A stretch of DNA of 64,000 bases, taken from positions 29,752 through 93,751 of IMG/VR virus record IMGVR_UViG_3300037461_000469. The stretch is one strand, 5' to 3'. The position numbers and the translations under genes were made by a program. The notes below the pieces were generated by a model. That model worked only from the letters and a program-made list of their open reading frames with translations. It ran no database searches and had not been told where the DNA came from. Below are positions 51,097-60,380 of the stretch, one piece after another (the stretch's first letter is position 1; each line of letters starts with the position of its first letter). The stretch comes from a virus. Taxonomy: Duplodnaviria > Heunggongvirae > Uroviricota > Caudoviricetes.

Positions 51097-52323
51097 TTAC
51101 CACTCTCCCTTTCCAATCCCTATCGCAGAGAGTAGCCTATCAGTTTGAGTTTCCATTACGTACTTGTAAATGAACTTGTCAATCTCTCTTTCACCTCTTG
51201 TAAATGCATCTAAGGCCTTGAACATCGCTCCTGAGTTTGTCGTTTTCTTTGCGACCTCTGCGAACTCCTTTCGGGATTTAAAATCAGGGCCGAAAGCAGA
51301 GTACAAATCTTTCCAATCTTCTTGAATGGCTTTGATGTACTCGTTAATTTTGGTGCGTAATTCTTCTACTCTTTCCGTGTACTCAGGGAACGCCGACAGG
51401 AACTCGTCCGTCTCGTTCGCCTGTATCATTTCGACAAACTTTTTAGGCCCAGTATCGCCGTTGCCTTTCAAATAATGCATCTTTAGATAGAGCGACCCTT
51501 TGACCTTCACCCTCTTAAACTCAGGGTCTCTGACAACGTAGCCCTCTTCGTTCGCACCTAAAATTTCAGCCGCCGCCAGCATATCCTCTTGTGAGGAAAA
51601 AGAAAAGGTTTTTGGCCTGTTGATTCCTAGCGAAGTGATTTTCTTAACCTCTTTGTTGCTTTCGTCAAACGTGTCGATTTCCCTCATCGTCTTGTTCTCA
51701 CGGATGCCGATTAAATACACGCCAGGCTTCTCGTATTTGACAACTACACGAGTGATGGGGTGAACGAGTTCGAAGATGTAGGTCAGGCCCGGGGTTAGAT
51801 TTGCGGTCAGTTCGGGAAAGGTTACTCCCTGCTCTTCCAAGCCTTCGTGGAACAGGTCGTAAAAGTTGTGCTTCTTTCCCGTCAACGGGTCGGTGGCTTC
51901 AGCATCCTTTGCGTCTATCGTTCCGTTCGTGGCGATTCGCCATGCTTTCTCGTAGTAGTAAACCTTGATGATGGAGCCGTCCACCTTCTCCTGAATTGAA
52001 GACGTTGCGAAGTCCACTTTTTCGGCGTGAGTTTCCTGAATGTTGAAGAACTTATTAAATCCATATGCTATTGTCTTATTTGTGTCCTTTTCTAAAATAA
52101 TCCCCCTACATTGCCTAACTATTTTATATGAGAAATCTGAGTCTATTTGACTATATTTTAAAATATATAGATTCCCTTTGTCTTGGGCTTTTATATTGAA
52201 CGGGTCTTTTGATAATTTTTCTTTTATGAAATCATAGGAATTACCATCAAGGAAATCGAATAAATCGGTATCTTTTTCAATGGGAATATCTATGGTTTCA
52301 ATAATATTAAACCTCATACTCAT
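51097..52323 (-). CDS. RNA ligase, T4 Rnl1 (RnlA) family
   Basis: CRGII...KFFNI...EKVDGS aligns with T4 Rnl1 ECRGIMF...KFFNL...KEDGS motif I. Confidence 0.7.
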   Translation of the reverse strand: MSMRFNIIETIDIPIEKDTDLFDFLDGNSYDFIKEKLSKDPFNIKAQDKGNLYILKYSQIDSDFSYKIVRQCRGIILEKDTNKTIAYGFNKFFNIQETHAEKVDFATSSIQEKVDGSIIKVYYYEKAWRIATNGTIDAKDAEATDPLTGKKHNFYDLFHEGLEEQGVTFPELTANLTPGLTYIFELVHPITRVVVKYEKPGVYLIGIRENKTMREIDTFDESNKEVKKITSLGINRPKTFSFSSQEDMLAAAEILGANEEGYVVRDPEFKRVKVKGSLYLKMHYLKGNGDTGPKKFVEMIQANETDEFLSAFPEYTERVEELRTKINEYIKAIQEDWKDLYSAFGPDFKSRKEFAEVAKKTTNSGAMFKALDAFTRGEREIDKFIYKYVMETQTDRLLSAIGIGKGEW

Positions 52324-52325
52324 AT

Positions 52326-53015
52326 TTATTTATCTCCATATGTTTTCAGATAGGTTTTAAAAATTTTATATTTTTTTCCTTTATAAACTTCATTTTGGTA
52401 TAACATTTTCCCAAATTTGACTGCGTTTTTCCCCACCCAACGCATTTGAAATCCTTTTTTTTGTTTATAAAATTTACAATCAATGCCTAAATTTTTTATT
52501 GATTTTGCTACGATGGTTGTTATGAATTTTTCATTGCCATATAAGGTGATTAAAAGTCTAGGTTTATTTTTATGTCCTATATAATAAGACCCCACACAAC
52601 CATCCCCATCAATATATCCCCTTAAAAAATCTAAAAAAAATTCATCAGGTAAAATTTCAGGATAAGAATATGAAAAACTTTTGTTTTGTGTGATATTATA
52701 TTTTTCGAAATCTTTTGCCATAGGGGTAGAAGTCCAATCGAAACTATATACAATTCTACCAAATGGTTTTCCATTTTTCATTGGTTGGGTTGAACGAATA
52801 ATACCGTTACTACTAATTAATTTTTTAGTATAATTTATAAGTCTTCTCCCCTCATTTCCCGATTGAGATATATGGATATATGATTTTTTTATATATCCAT
52901 CAGCCGCCATCAATCCCAAAAACCACGCCTTTGTGGGGTCTAATTTTTTTAGAAAGTCATCATTAAGGATGTACTTCCGTTCAAATTGCCCATTTTCTTT
53001 ATTTCTCTTTTCCAT
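52326..53015 (-). CDS. LAGLIDADG homing endonuclease
   Basis: Two LAGLIDADG motifs (FLGLMAADGYI, LRGYIDGDGCV); AT-rich; immediately upstream of the rnl1-like gene. Confidence 0.7.
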   Translation of the reverse strand: MEKRNKENGQFERKYILNDDFLKKLDPTKAWFLGLMAADGYIKKSYIHISQSGNEGRRLINYTKKLISSNGIIRSTQPMKNGKPFGRIVYSFDWTSTPMAKDFEKYNITQNKSFSYSYPEILPDEFFLDFLRGYIDGDGCVGSYYIGHKNKPRLLITLYGNEKFITTIVAKSIKNLGIDCKFYKQKKGFQMRWVGKNAVKFGKMLYQNEVYKGKKYKIFKTYLKTYGDK

Positions 53016-53064
53016 ATTTATATTTATTGTTTTTCAAAAAAGTTGTATTCGTTTTTGAATGGGT

Positions 53065-53769
53065 TTATTCTTCTTCAGGAATTCCGTTTTTATCGTTGTA
53101 CCACTTGATGAAACTCTTTTTCCTCTGCATATAGCGAAGGCGGTCAGGGAGAGTAAGATTCTCAATTTCACGGGCATTAGCCTGTTCCTTATAGAAGTAC
53201 TCTTTGTCCTCTCCTTCAACTTCCTGACGAAGAAGGCTGTCTACCAAGTCCCATTGTTTCTTGCTCAGGTAGCCTTTCGAACGGAACTGATTCAGGACGG
53301 ACGGGATGAAGGTCTTTTTGAAATTGGAACGCCACGTGTCCTTCTTCTTGTCGTAAACTCTGCTCAGGGCGTGAATCATCTGCAACTGCTGTGCGTACTT
53401 GCGGCCTACGGCGTCCCAAATCCGACCACGCAGGGTTATCTTGACCGTGAGCGGGTCGCTAGGAAGAAAGACCTGTTTGAACATCTTCTTGTACTCGTTG
53501 AACTGTCCTTCGGTGATGGTGGTCTTGTCTGACTTTTCGTACTCAGAGGTGAAACGAAAATCGAAATCGTGCATCCCGAAGCGGTCTCGCTGTTCTTCAG
53601 GAAGGCCGTTCTGCGTATCCTGATAATACTTAGTCCAACAATGGTAGTCGGAGTGAATGATGATGTCCTTTTTGACTACCACGACTGAGGAAGTTTTGAT
53701 AAACTTCCTATCGCAGACGGGGCAGACCACGGCGGGAATCGCCAACTTTTTAATTATAACAGTTTTCAT
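53065..53769 (-). CDS. hypothetical protein
   Basis: ORF; N-terminal CPVC. Confidence 0.5.
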   Translation of the reverse strand: MKTVIIKKLAIPAVVCPVCDRKFIKTSSVVVVKKDIIIHSDYHCWTKYYQDTQNGLPEEQRDRFGMHDFDFRFTSEYEKSDKTTITEGQFNEYKKMFKQVFLPSDPLTVKITLRGRIWDAVGRKYAQQLQMIHALSRVYDKKKDTWRSNFKKTFIPSVLNQFRSKGYLSKKQWDLVDSLLRQEVEGEDKEYFYKEQANAREIENLTLPDRLRYMQRKKSFIKWYNDKNGIPEEE

Positions 53770-54140
53770 TATTTTCCTCCACTCAGAACATCGGACAATT
53801 TTTCCTTGTTGACCTCTTTCACGACTTTTTGGAAAGAGTCCGTATACAAGAACAGCAAACTTTCCAAAAGTTTGGTCAAGAAATGATGAAGCGTTTGTAA
53901 TTCTTCTTCAGTTCTATCAATTGACCGCTTGATGATTTTATTATCCCCTTTGGAATATTCCATCGTGGTGTAAACTATTTGCTTTCTATCGATTGAGATT
54001 TTAGTAATGACGGCTACGGTGGGAACCTGAGTGAAGATTCCTACAGTATCACGTTCGCCGTTGTCGAATACTATTTCGGTGTGGGGTAAACTATACGACA
54101 TAAAAAACGTATCACCAATCTTAAACTTCGGTTCCCTCAT
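53769..54140 (-). CDS. hypothetical protein
   Basis: ORF downstream of promoter 54157..54186. Confidence 0.5.
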   Translation of the reverse strand: MREPKFKIGDTFFMSYSLPHTEIVFDNGERDTVGIFTQVPTVAVITKISIDRKQIVYTTMEYSKGDNKIIKRSIDRTEEELQTLHHFLTKLLESLLFLYTDSFQKVVKEVNKEKLSDVLSGGK

Positions 54141-54156
54141 TATTTCCTCACAATAG

Positions 54157-54186
54157 TATTATACCACAATTGGGAGTGGTTTGTCA
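54157..54186 (-). promoter_or_regulatory. sigma70-type promoter, TTGACA-N18-TGtggTATAAT
   Basis: Consensus hexamers. Confidence 0.55.
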
Positions 54187-54201
54187 AGGATTGGAAAAGG
54201 C

Positions 54202-54921
54202 CTATACGTGAGGCTTATCTGCCCCGTAAGGTTTGCCTTTGTAGTGATATTCGTCCTGAGCCTTTACGGTTTGCCTGTAGGACTTGCCTTTTTGCATCGC
54301 TAGGTCGCTGTCAGGGATTGATTTTTGCACCTTCGGGGCTTTGGGTTTGCGGCGTTTCTTCCAATCGTAGGAAGGGTTGGTCAGGACTTTAAACTTGGTA
54401 GATTCCATCGACAATTGAGGCCATCCCCACGCACTTTTAACTTGGGGTTCGACCCCTGCGATGTGCCTCTCGTAGCGGTACTCGTCCACGGGGCTGATAT
54501 CTGCGGAGCGCATCAAGGCCTTGATAACGTTTGTGTTCAGGCGGTTGCCGCCGATTTTCTTCCACATTCTTTCCAAGCGGGGAGAAATCTCAATCCACGC
54601 CCTGCGGAGTTTTGGGTTTTGGTCTTCAGCCATTATCCCCATCAGGGCTTCGATACCGATGAAAGTTCCGTTCGAACCTAGGCCTACGCACTTGCGTCCG
54701 AACTTATCCCGATACACCGCAGCCGCTACAATCTCTCCATTTTTCTTTGCAAGTTTCCAAACGCTCGTGAGTTGAATCAACTCTTCAGGGTTTTTATGCG
54801 TCCAAAAGCCACCGATATCCTTGTAGGATTTTTGCAGAATATCCCACACGACATCTTTGTACTTTTCTTTCTGGTCGGGAGCAATCAAAGTAATGTAGCG
54901 TTCTACCAAGAGGAACTTCAT
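54202..54921 (-). CDS. hypothetical protein
   Basis: ORF. Confidence 0.5.
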   Translation of the reverse strand: MKFLLVERYITLIAPDQKEKYKDVVWDILQKSYKDIGGFWTHKNPEELIQLTSVWKLAKKNGEIVAAAVYRDKFGRKCVGLGSNGTFIGIEALMGIMAEDQNPKLRRAWIEISPRLERMWKKIGGNRLNTNVIKALMRSADISPVDEYRYERHIAGVEPQVKSAWGWPQLSMESTKFKVLTNPSYDWKKRRKPKAPKVQKSIPDSDLAMQKGKSYRQTVKAQDEYHYKGKPYGADKPHV

Positions 54922-54925
54922 ACTA

Positions 54926-55510
54926 TTATTTAGTTAAAAGTTCTTTTAGATTTGTGATTACAATGACGGCATTTCCGTGAGGGTAAGGCTGTCCGTATTT
55001 AAAGTCAAATTTTCTAGGATTCGTAACTTTCCAATTGTTGTGGTCATCTCGGTTGAGAGTAAGAATATTTTTGTCGTTTAATCTTGTAACCACGGTGGTA
55101 GCGTAGTGGTCAAGAAGCAAATTATAGCCGATAGGCCAAGTAATCAGGTACGTCTTTGCCTCTAGCATCTTATTCAGGGTTGTGATTGCCCGATAAGGCG
55201 AAGTGGCACGAAGGCCGTATTCTGCTTTGCCGATGTGTTCAATCGTTGAAACCGACATCACGTTCTTGCCAACGTAATCCAAATTTTCGGCAAACTCTTT
55301 TGTTGCCGCATCATCCGTGGGGTCGAAAATTTGATGATAGGTCAGCAAGTACTTACAAGATACCGCCCCTACCTCAATAAATTCCTCTTTGTCGGTGCGT
55401 TGGATGAAATGGGCTAACAGGGGAACTTCGAACCGCCTTTCCGTGCTAGGGTCAGGCTCCAAGTAATTCAGTTCCATCCCACCAATTTTGAAAGTCTTAT
55501 TTTGGGGCAT
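54926..55510 (-). CDS. hypothetical protein
   Basis: ORF. Confidence 0.5.
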   Translation of the reverse strand: MPQNKTFKIGGMELNYLEPDPSTERRFEVPLLAHFIQRTDKEEFIEVGAVSCKYLLTYHQIFDPTDDAATKEFAENLDYVGKNVMSVSTIEHIGKAEYGLRATSPYRAITTLNKMLEAKTYLITWPIGYNLLLDHYATTVVTRLNDKNILTLNRDDHNNWKVTNPRKFDFKYGQPYPHGNAVIVITNLKELLTK

Positions 55511-56564
55511 CTAAAATCCTCTTGTAAAGATTGAAGAAAAACTCGTTGTGCCATTTTTGAAAGTCGAGCATTTCCACGGCAATTTCACGGCTACGATTAG
55601 CCATTTTTTGTCTGATTTTTTCGTTGTTTAAAAGGTAAAGGACTACGAGTTTGAACTCGCCCTCGCTGTCCACTAAAAATGCATTTTCGCCGTCAAGCAC
55701 GAAATTGGATTTTTGAAACGTCTTGTTGAACCCGACAATCGGCAAGCCACAAGCAACGGCTTCTGCGACTGAGCGGTTTGTCAGGGTGATTGGGTTCTCG
55801 TAGGATTCGTGCGCCCCCCACAGGAAGATTTTGGCCTTGTTGTAAATCAGCGGCAGTTCTGTCGGGTGTACGAAATCCACAAAGTCCACAGTCAACTTGT
55901 CTTTTGTCTGTTCGTAAAGTTGCTTGGTGTATAGGTACTCGTCCGTGTAAATTCCTTCGTTGGACTTTTGCGCCCCGATGAACAGGAGACGCACAGGTTC
56001 TTTTGCGAAGGTTCTCACGAGTACGTCTTGCCCCTTGCGACAGTAAAAGCCGCCGACCTGAACGCCATCGTAGACTTTTTCCACTTCGGGCATCGGCCTG
56101 TAGATATTCAGGTCAGAGCAAATTCTAGCAACTACTCTTTTTTCGGGCGGGATGTGTTGAAAGGCGGGGACGTGAACATCGTCAATCACAACGTAGTCCA
56201 CGAAGTCTCCACCGTATCCGTCAGGGTAAGCCCCTGCGTAACGTTGGATAATCTTGCATCGTCCGTGGAAATCTTGGACGAATCGCCTTGCCTCTCCAAG
56301 AAACAAAGGTCCGAAAAGTTGGATGATATCGGGGCTGAATCTTTCGATTTCGCCCCGCATCTCCTCATACGGCGTGTTCCTGTTAAACGCCTTGATACTA
56401 AACCCCGCTCGCTTCTTGACGAAGGTGGGGCTTAACGTCTTGACGATAAACAGGATGTCGAAGTACTCACTAAGCCAATCCTTGTTGTGGACGTGGCACA
56501 TTTGTTCAAGTGCCAAATCATCGTAGATATGGTCTATCAGATAAACAAGTTTTGGCTTTTGCAA
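55497..56564 (-). CDS. GT4-family (group 1) glycosyltransferase
   Basis: C-terminal domain carries the E-x7-E-like sugar-donor motif (ESYENPITLTNRSVAEAVACGLPIV). Confidence 0.55.
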   Translation of the reverse strand: MQKPKLVYLIDHIYDDLALEQMCHVHNKDWLSEYFDILFIVKTLSPTFVKKRAGFSIKAFNRNTPYEEMRGEIERFSPDIIQLFGPLFLGEARRFVQDFHGRCKIIQRYAGAYPDGYGGDFVDYVVIDDVHVPAFQHIPPEKRVVARICSDLNIYRPMPEVEKVYDGVQVGGFYCRKGQDVLVRTFAKEPVRLLFIGAQKSNEGIYTDEYLYTKQLYEQTKDKLTVDFVDFVHPTELPLIYNKAKIFLWGAHESYENPITLTNRSVAEAVACGLPIVGFNKTFQKSNFVLDGENAFLVDSEGEFKLVVLYLLNNEKIRQKMANRSREIAVEMLDFQKWHNEFFFNLYKRILDAPK

Positions 56565-56566
56565 GT

Positions 56567-56944
56567 TTACTTTTTACCGAAGAGTTTTCTCGGAATGATT
56601 TCGTGTGTGAAATCACTCAAAAGGTGAGAAACGATTTTCTTCTCGTACTCAGGCGTAAGGTCTTTTACAACCTCACCAATGTCCACGAGCATGAACGGCT
56701 TTTCGTTTCCAAGGTGGCGAAGAACTTCCTCACGACCTTCCTTACGGCTGAACCTGTCCAACTTCGGGTGAGTGATTGCCACTTCGAAACGGGCAACCTT
56801 CTTCACCTTGTCGTAGTACACTAGTGTAGTGTACTCTCTCATTTCTGAGCAGTTCGCAATACAACCGTACTTCTTCTGAAGTTTTTGTTTTGATACGTGG
56901 ATAAGTTTCTGGAAAAATTCCACGTTGTCGGTGTAGATATTCAT
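56567..56944 (-). CDS. hypothetical protein
   Basis: ORF. Confidence 0.45.
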   Translation of the reverse strand: MNIYTDNVEFFQKLIHVSKQKLQKKYGCIANCSEMREYTTLVYYDKVKKVARFEVAITHPKLDRFSRKEGREEVLRHLGNEKPFMLVDIGEVVKDLTPEYEKKIVSHLLSDFTHEIIPRKLFGKK

Positions 56945-57004
56945 TTTCTTTCCTCCAATATCTATTATAACACAAGGTGTTACAAAAACTATTTATGGTT
57001 TTGC

Positions 57005-58027
57005 CTACAGGAAGTTTTCGTGTTCTATTTTCTTCGTCAGGACATCCAACAGGATATTGTAGTTTTCGTAGTAGCAAACCTCGCAAGCAGAGCCGTCAAA
57101 ATGCTTCTGTTTATCGATGATGGCGGGAAGGTTTGTGAAGTGTCCCATGCTCATGTAATCGGGCAAGTCTAGTGGCTGTTCCAACTTGGCATACTGCGCC
57201 CCACAGCAAGGATATACGATTCCGTCTGCTCCAATCACAGGCTTCAACAGGCTGATGAGGCAATTCTTCCGACCCCTATTGTACTGCTGACGGTCTTGGT
57301 AAATCATTAGTGAGTCGTTGATTCCCGCCTCGACCATTACCCTGCGCACGTCTTCCATCGGGTAGGCGTTCGGGATATCGATTAAGTCGGATACAGCACG
57401 GACGTGGGTGAAACCGTGAGCATTGGCAAACTTAACATATTTGATGAAATTATCGGCGTTGAAGTCTTTACTCACTACATAACTGAACGCCCAATCAATA
57501 CCTTCCTCGGATTTATTAAGCGCATCCAATAGAACACCCTGAGCATCGTTGTCGAAATCTCTTGTGTCGCTAGCAGAGACTCTGCACCAAGTCAACCGCC
57601 TCAATGCGCTAGGGTATAATTCGTTCAGCAAGAGGCCATTGGTAACTAGGCCGATATCGATGCTCATGCGTTTCGTCTCGTAAAGCATCTCGTTGATATC
57701 GGGATGGAGCAGGGGTTCGCCCCCGCCCGTGATGGTGTATGCTTTACACCCTAATTGGGTACTGATTTCCAACAGGTGCTTGTAGTCAAAGATACTCATT
57801 TCTGTCTGTTTATTTCTAGCCTTGCAGGAGCAGAAAGAGCAATCTAGATTGCATCGATTTGTAGGAATCACCTGAATGTGAATAGGTAGAATCTTTTTAG
57901 TCTCTTTCACACTTTCCATAAAATCCGAATGGAAACACACTTTCAGCGGCATCGAACTTGCCGAAGTATAACTGATGGCTTTACTTTTGTTCATTCTTCT
58001 TCCCCACGAACCAACAATCTGGCCCAA
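57005..58027 (-). CDS. radical SAM protein
   Basis: IPTNRCNLDCSFCS CxxxCxxC motif; GGGEPLL; start is probably an internal Met near 57994. Confidence 0.6.
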   Translation of the reverse strand: MGQIVGSWGRRMNKSKAISYTSASSMPLKVCFHSDFMESVKETKKILPIHIQVIPTNRCNLDCSFCSCKARNKQTEMSIFDYKHLLEISTQLGCKAYTITGGGEPLLHPDINEMLYETKRMSIDIGLVTNGLLLNELYPSALRRLTWCRVSASDTRDFDNDAQGVLLDALNKSEEGIDWAFSYVVSKDFNADNFIKYVKFANAHGFTHVRAVSDLIDIPNAYPMEDVRRVMVEAGINDSLMIYQDRQQYNRGRKNCLISLLKPVIGADGIVYPCCGAQYAKLEQPLDLPDYMSMGHFTNLPAIIDKQKHFDGSACEVCYYENYNILLDVLTKKIEHENFL

Positions 58028-58475
58028 CTAGGTAGGACGTGATACAGGTAACGAGAGGCTCAGGGAAGAGCAGTTTCATCCCGTCAGGAAGGAATCGCCA
58101 ACAGTCGATAGGGTAGCGATGTTCGTGGACGCTGAAGGGAGCGGTGATAAAAAGCAATCCTTCGGGCTTGGCTATCCTGATGATTTCGGCGGCTAGTTTG
58201 AAGGGGTTGGTACAATGCTCTAGGCATTGTCCGCTCAGGACGATATCGGCGGTGTTGTCAGGTAGTCCTGTGTCGAACTCCCCTGGCATTATCGCATCCA
58301 CATTCTTTCCCGCCTGAACATCAAAGCCGTTATAACGCCACCGTGGTTCAACGATTGGTTTGTAACTGCCGTTGATATCCTGTGAGCCTATGTCGGCTAC
58401 GTAAGACCCAAGTGGCACGTTGGAAGCATACTTGTTCAAATTATGAATCATATTTTCCATACTTAGTGGATGCAT
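57981..58475 (-). CDS. class I SAM-dependent methyltransferase
   Basis: VADIGSQ motif I, LEHCTNP, PEGLLFIT. Confidence 0.55.
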   Translation of the reverse strand: MHPLSMENMIHNLNKYASNVPLGSYVADIGSQDINGSYKPIVEPRWRYNGFDVQAGKNVDAIMPGEFDTGLPDNTADIVLSGQCLEHCTNPFKLAAEIIRIAKPEGLLFITAPFSVHEHRYPIDCWRFLPDGMKLLFPEPLVTCITSYLVGPDCWFVGKKNEQK

Positions 58476-59840
58476 TTATACCTCTTTATTCCAGCCAAAA
58501 CTTCTGTTCAAATATTCTTCTAGGGCTTCATTATGGGGTTTGTAAAATTTGTAAAGCCATTCCTCAATATCTTTTGGAATCGGGGGATACCCCACTTTAT
58601 CTTTGATTTCTTTCCACGGGTCTCGTTTTGATATTTCCATAGGCGGTTCATAATCCACACCAAGAAACTTATCAACCGTTTTAATCGTGTCTAGTTCATT
58701 TGCAAAATAATCTTCACTTCGGATGATTAGTAAATTTTCCTTTGGAAAATATTCATGCCACTTTTTTATTTGATACAAATAAATTCCTCTATTGATGACG
58801 GATGAATTTGGGTCTGTTAAAATAGAAAGTGGATAATTGTAAGGTGGTAAAGCATATCGAGGGACATAATGGCTCCACGCTCTTGTTACGGGATTTCTTA
58901 ACATCAAAATTGCTTTTATATCTGGAATTAAACCTTTGATTCTTTCATGGCAAGGTGCAAATATGGTAAGGGTTGAACCCTCAAATCTCAAATTTTCTTT
59001 GGGTGTATCTTTCCACAAGTTAATGTACCAATTGATACCGATTCTATAATGGCGTTGTCCTGCAAAAAAGTTTGGTTCTTTCAGAGATGCTAAAGAGAGT
59101 TTAGAGTGTTGGTCTAAATTATCGCATAAACTAGTCGTGCCACACTTGGCTGCTCCTATTATAAGAAATTTTGGAAGTGCATTTATTATTTCTTGGGTCA
59201 GGGTTTCCCTGTTAATCTTACAGGGAAACTGTCGGCTTAAATTTGGTCTTGATAACATAATAAACTCCTTTACTAATATCGCTATGGGTTCTTTGTCGAT
59301 GATGTGTACGGTATCATCTGTTTTATCCAAAGGTAACATTCCTTCTTCGTCAACGTAATAGGAATATATATCTAGATAGAGCCATTTCCTCGTTTCACAT
59401 TCTCTCTTCAAATATTGATTCATTGTTTTGGTGTACAATGCCCGTTCTTTTCCACTCCCGCCTACAGGCCACTTGAATGAGCCGGGTTTCACTTTTCTGC
59501 TCGGCGGCACGATGCTCATTATTACTATCCCTGCATTATTCAAATCAAGAAGCGAAATACGGTGGCAATAATTCTTTGCCCAAGTTTCTAACAAGCCATC
59601 TAAAGTGATAGACTTTCTGTGTTCTACTGTTGGTTTGACATAACACCTGATATCAATTTCACCGAAACAAAAAATGACAAAATCATCTTTGGTCAATTTC
59701 ATCTTTTTGATAATTGGAGGAATGACCGTATCTTCTACTTGACTAGCCCTGCCTAGCGTGAGTTGGTTGGTACTCCACATTCGGCAATTTGGTACTTTTT
59801 CGAAAGACCCCGCATGGCTATCCCCGATGGCGTGTATCAT
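58476..59840 (-). CDS. sulfotransferase-domain protein with N-terminal extra domain
   Basis: 5'-PSB-like KCGTTSL and 3'-PB-like RNPVTRAWS motifs in the C-terminal half. Confidence 0.5.
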   Translation of the reverse strand: MIHAIGDSHAGSFEKVPNCRMWSTNQLTLGRASQVEDTVIPPIIKKMKLTKDDFVIFCFGEIDIRCYVKPTVEHRKSITLDGLLETWAKNYCHRISLLDLNNAGIVIMSIVPPSRKVKPGSFKWPVGGSGKERALYTKTMNQYLKRECETRKWLYLDIYSYYVDEEGMLPLDKTDDTVHIIDKEPIAILVKEFIMLSRPNLSRQFPCKINRETLTQEIINALPKFLIIGAAKCGTTSLCDNLDQHSKLSLASLKEPNFFAGQRHYRIGINWYINLWKDTPKENLRFEGSTLTIFAPCHERIKGLIPDIKAILMLRNPVTRAWSHYVPRYALPPYNYPLSILTDPNSSVINRGIYLYQIKKWHEYFPKENLLIIRSEDYFANELDTIKTVDKFLGVDYEPPMEISKRDPWKEIKDKVGYPPIPKDIEEWLYKFYKPHNEALEEYLNRSFGWNKEV

Positions 59841-60379
59841 TTGGTTATTGTGATGTAGAAAAATATACCTTTAGATATTACTTCTCTATTATATTTTGCG
59901 AAAAGGTCATAAAGAGATTCCAAGGTGTGAAGTCGGAGATGGCCGGGGTCGCCTACCTCTTTGTTGGGGGTGGTGAATATCACTTTTTGTTTTGCAATTT
60001 CGATAACCTTTTCGATGAATAGTCTATCATCAGGAATGTGTTCAATTACCTCAGAACACACTACGGAATCATACTGCCCTACCATCTCTTTGTAGTTATA
60101 ATCGGGGGAGTAGTAAAAATGGATATCGGGAAAATTCTGCTTGGCTTTCTCAATAACGGGTTCGTAAAAATCCAAACCCGACCATTCCCCATCCTTGAAT
60201 TGTTTAAGCATATTTGTGGAATGACCGCAGGCGCAGCCTACGTCTATAAATTTTGTACCCACTAAACTGCTAGCACAATTCTTAAACCTTTCGTAGTGGT
60301 GGTTTTTGTTGTTGACATTGTAATCGTAAATCTGTGGCTTTTTGAGCCAATGACCTTCTAAATATTCTTCTGCTGTCAT
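59837..60379 (-). CDS. SAM-dependent methyltransferase
   Basis: IDVGCACGHS motif I; acidic motif II VVCSEVIEHIPDD. Confidence 0.55.
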   Translation of the reverse strand: MTAEEYLEGHWLKKPQIYDYNVNNKNHHYERFKNCASSLVGTKFIDVGCACGHSTNMLKQFKDGEWSGLDFYEPVIEKAKQNFPDIHFYYSPDYNYKEMVGQYDSVVCSEVIEHIPDDRLFIEKVIEIAKQKVIFTTPNKEVGDPGHLRLHTLESLYDLFAKYNREVISKGIFFYITITK

Positions 60380-60380
60380 T

